64,000 nt of DNA from Azolla caroliniana (lineage: Eukaryota > Plantae > Polypodiophyta): assembly GCA_043228905.1 (NCBI GenBank), contig JBHGNT010000005.1, positions 11,408,001-11,472,000 on the forward strand, in the 5' to 3' direction. Positions 60,429 through 64,000 of this stretch are shown here, piece after piece. Position numbers and translations under genes: made by a program. The notes under the pieces were generated by a model. It did no database searches, was not told where the DNA came from, and worked only from the letters and a program-made list of their open reading frames with translations. Positions within the stretch are counted from its first letter, which is position 1, and every line of letters starts with the position of its first letter.

Positions 60429-63400
60429 AGTGGACTATTGAAGCGTGGGGCACAAATAGTCCGAGCAATCATAAGTCCCCACAAGGAAGCAAAATAAGTG
60501 GATCGCAAGGAGAAGCAACATGTGTGACACCTAGTGGTGCATGTAAACTAACACTACTCAACAAGAAGGACAAGCATCAGATACAAGACTTCGAGAAGAT
60601 GCTGAAAGAAGAAAGCATAATTGAAGAAGAAGAATTCGTGTCTCATATTCTAGAGGAAGCCTCATTTAACAACACCATTGGTGAAATCGAGGAAGTCGTG
60701 GACTTGAGCTACCCTCACGATCAACATGTGATTTCGGTTAACTCCGTCAACATGTACGCTATCATCGATGAATATCATCAAGGCCTCTTGATGGAGGAAG
60801 CTGAAGTCAACACAAAATATAAAACGGTGGATAAGAAGATCAAGCTAGTTGCGGTTTCGCTACCGGAAGATAGCTGATAGAAGATGAAGGAAGTTGCTAA
60901 TGATCCAAGCTTAAGGGATCCAAAGGCAATAGGTCATGTCTTCACCAAAGAGATGAAAGGAAAGCTACAAGTTGGAAGGGAAGATTTCCTTCTCCCTGAA
61001 GAGGAGAGAATGTTCCACGGAATGCTTCAGAGACATGGAAAGCCTTTGCCTTCTCTCTACAAGAAATCGGATGTGCCGACCCGAAGATGATAGAGCCGAT
61101 GGTTATTTTTACGGTGCCGCATGTACCTTGGAACCTCAAGCCGATATCGGTTCCAAGAGCTCACATTCCGAAGTTGATTGAGCTTCTAAAGGAAAAGGTT
61201 AGGATGGGAATACTTGAGCCATTCAATTCTCCCTACGCCAATATTTGGTTTACGGTGCTGAAGAAGAATGGGTCCTTACGCTTTATTCAAGATCTCCAAC
61301 CTGTCAACAAGGTGACGATCCGAAATGCCGGAATTGGTCCAAGTGTGGATGAATCTGCCGAAGCCTTCGTGGGAAGATCGATCTACTCCATTGGTGATCT
61401 CTACTCGGGCTATGATCAATTTGAATTGGTTGTCGATAGTAGAGAAATAACGACAATGAGGACACCGATTGGGTTGGTAAGGATGTGCACCTTACCCCAA
61501 GGTGCAACAAATTCCATAGCCCACATGGTGAATGCCATGAACAAAGTGTTGAGGGATTGTATCGCTGATATCACAATGCCCTTCTTAGATGACATTCCAA
61601 TCAAAGGATGCTTGGTGGAAGAAAAAGATGAAGATGGTTGCCGAAGATTCGTCATTGATCATATAAAGGATAGCGAGAAGGTGTTGCAAAAGGTTGAGGA
61701 TGCAAATCTCACGTTTTCGGGAGAGATGTCTTCATTCGGTCAACCATAAATATTGGTAGTAGGACACTTATGTGGGTCTGATGGCCGGAAGCCATCTCCA
61801 TCCAAGGTGAAGGCTATTCAAGAGATGAAAGAAGAATGTGTGTCTCAAACAGAGGTGCGAAGATTCTTGGGAGCATGTGCATTCTATCACATATGGATTC
61901 CACATTATTCTCATGTCACTAAACCATTGTATGGATTACTAAAGAAAAGGAAGAAGTTCGAATGGGAAGATGAGCATACCTACGCAGTTCAAAAGCTAAA
62001 GAAACTATTATTGGAAGCTCTGGCACAGCGAAAAGCCGACTACACAAAAGGTACCCCGATATATATGACGGTGGATACGAGCCCAACCGGAATTGGATGG
62101 GTGATAAACCAAGAAGACAAAGAAAAGAATCGGTATGCAATCCGATTCGGTGCAAAGGTGTTCATCGAAAGACAAAGGAAGTATGCCCAAGTAAAGAGAG
62201 AGCTATGGGGAATAGTATCCGCGGTTAAAACCGATCGTGACTACCTTATCAGAACAAAGGTCATAATCGAAACCGATTGTCTACCTATTCTCGGAATGAT
62301 ATCCGGTTGTGCTACACCAGATATTGCTATGCTGCGATGGATTGCCTATATCAAGTCCCTCAACCCCGAGATTTGACATATAAATAGGAAGCATAATGTG
62401 GTGGCCGATATGTTATCAAGGGCAAGGTATGAGGGTGAAGAAAATTTGCACTCCGATGAAGGAGATGTTGGCCTAAACTTCTTTATGGTTTCTTGTGCTC
62501 GAGTGCTTGCCATGTTTAAAGTAGAAGATTATGAGGGTGAACTTCTACCGAATTAGAAAGAAGTCCTACAAGTTCTTCCTCAAAGAAGGACATCTATAGA
62601 AGTTTCCAAAGAAGAAGAATGGAACTCCACTTCAAGTGGTGTGCAAGAAACAAGATCAACAAACACTAATTGCTGAATTTCATGATAGTGTGTGGGCAGG
62701 TCATCGAGGTATATGGGCAACATTTGCAAAGCTCAAGGAGAAGTATTGGTGACTGGGTGTTTACAAAGATGTAGCAAGCTATGTTGAAACATGTGATCAA
62801 TGCCAATTATACTCGAATATTCAACATAGGGATAAACTTCATCTGACATATCCATTATCAATGCACTATAAGTGGTTGGTAGACATAGTGGTTATGCCGA
62901 TGGGATTGGGGCAAATGAAGTATCTCGTGCTAGCAAGACAAGATCTCACCGAGCAAGTAGAAGGACGGGCGCCAAGGAATAAAACAACTTCGGCGGTTTG
63001 TAAGTTTCTCCTTGAAGATGTTATTTGTCAATACGGATGTGATGGCAAAATAGTAGATGATAGGGGAGAATTAGATGCAAATGAAGCTAAAGAATTAGAT
63101 GCGTCAAACTATCGCTCACCATGGCATACAACCCGGATGCAAATGGGAAGGTGGAACGAGGACATAGTCCGATTGTAAAAGCTCTAGCAAAGGCTTGCGA
63201 CGGAAAGATGGAGAATTGGCCACGATTACTACCTTATGCATTGTGGGCTGATTGAACTACACATAGCACGACTACAGGATATATGCCGGCCGAACTCATA
63301 TTAGGGAAAAAACCAATAATGCCTATTGAGCATAGTGTTGCTTTGTGGACATCTTTGCCATGGCAAGAGGAAATGAGTCAGGAAGACTTGCTAGCCACGA

Positions 63401-63792
63401 CGATTCAACAACTAGAATGGAGGCCCGAGGATGTCGAATTGGCAATAGAATGGTTGCACCAAGCTCGATTGAAGAACAAGGAGAATTTTGATAGAAAGCA
63501 TAGTCTTCGACAAAGAAAAATTGAAGACGGAGATTGGGTTCTTGTCTATGATAGTAGTCTCAATAATCAATATAGCACAGCTCGAAAGTTCGCAAAACGA
63601 TGGTTTGGCTCGTATATGGTCAAGAAAATAGAAAGCAATGCAACCTATTTTTTAGCGGAGTTAGATGGAACTCGACTTGCTTTGCCAATTGCAAGAAAAA
63701 GAATCAAGATCTTTAAGAGAAGAGAGGCCCCAAATCTTGAGATCGAAGCTCTGGATGATATAGCCTCGAACATCGAGGTTGAAAAAGAGTAA
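60429..63792 (+). pseudogene. Gypsy G pol (RT-RH-IN), degenerate
   Basis: WFTVLKKNGSLRFIQDLQP, LPQG, PFLDD, VDTS, integrase core and GSY (GPY/F-type) module. Confidence 0.88.
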
Positions 63793-63856
63793 TTAAAAGA
63801 GGAACCTCACCACAATTGACACATACCGGTGGATGTGCAGGTTTGGTGGGGGTGAA

Positions 63857-64000
63857 TGTCGTGTGGTTTTTCACACACGATATGAAAACTAGTAAAAGAA
63901 CTATTTAAGATTACCTTAATGTATTCATATGGAAAGATAGATGTCTTCAAGAGCTTCATAACGTATTTTACTACGCCTAAAATGGATAAACAAGTATCAA
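63857..64000 (+). repeat. Gypsy G 3' LTR (start)
   Basis: Matches 54948-55091. Confidence 0.9.

Larger units (their letters stand above)
54948..64000 (+). mobile_element. Gypsy G: degenerate non-chromovirus with a 3.2-kb LTR and tRNA-Trp PBS (runs off the window)
   Basis: 5' LTR 54948-58189. 3' LTR starts at 63857 with the same TGTCRTGTGGTTTTTCACACACG. PPT-like GGTGGGGGTGAA at 63845-63856. Confidence 0.9.

Overview
This is a transposon-dense plant genomic window, most likely from a non-seed plant; that is inferred from the Tcn1-like chromovirus and the tRNA-Trp-primed gypsy. Positions 1-45.3 kb are a nest of LTR retrotransposons, four layers deep, resolved by LTR pairs and target-site duplications (TSDs). 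An old copia (H) hosts copia A (569-44096). A hosts five insertions in its body or LTR: a gypsy LTR (1-568); a young internally deleted Tork/Tnt1-like copia B (1622-15606), which itself hosts gypsy C (3851-13688); a young gypsy D (17712-27060, minus strand); a solo LTR (27076-27956); and an older gypsy E (29236-43395), which hosts a Tcn1-like chromovirus F and another solo LTR. One host gene follows: a secreted STIG1-family cysteine-rich protein with extra repeats (46447-48684). After it come a LINE fragment, copia I and a tRNA-Trp-primed gypsy G with a 3.2-kb LTR. Most notable observation: the three Athila-like gypsy elements C, D and E have no polypurine tract (PPT). In its place, ending exactly 2 nt before the 3' LTR, each carries a sense copy of a tRNA 3' half (T-arm + acceptor strand + CCA, tRNA-Arg-like). 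Each copy has a 13-nt hairpin with compensatory base changes inserted after TTCGA. This suggests plus-strand synthesis primed by a tRNA or a tRNA mimic. tRNA identities are from recalled plant tRNA sequences and need a database check.
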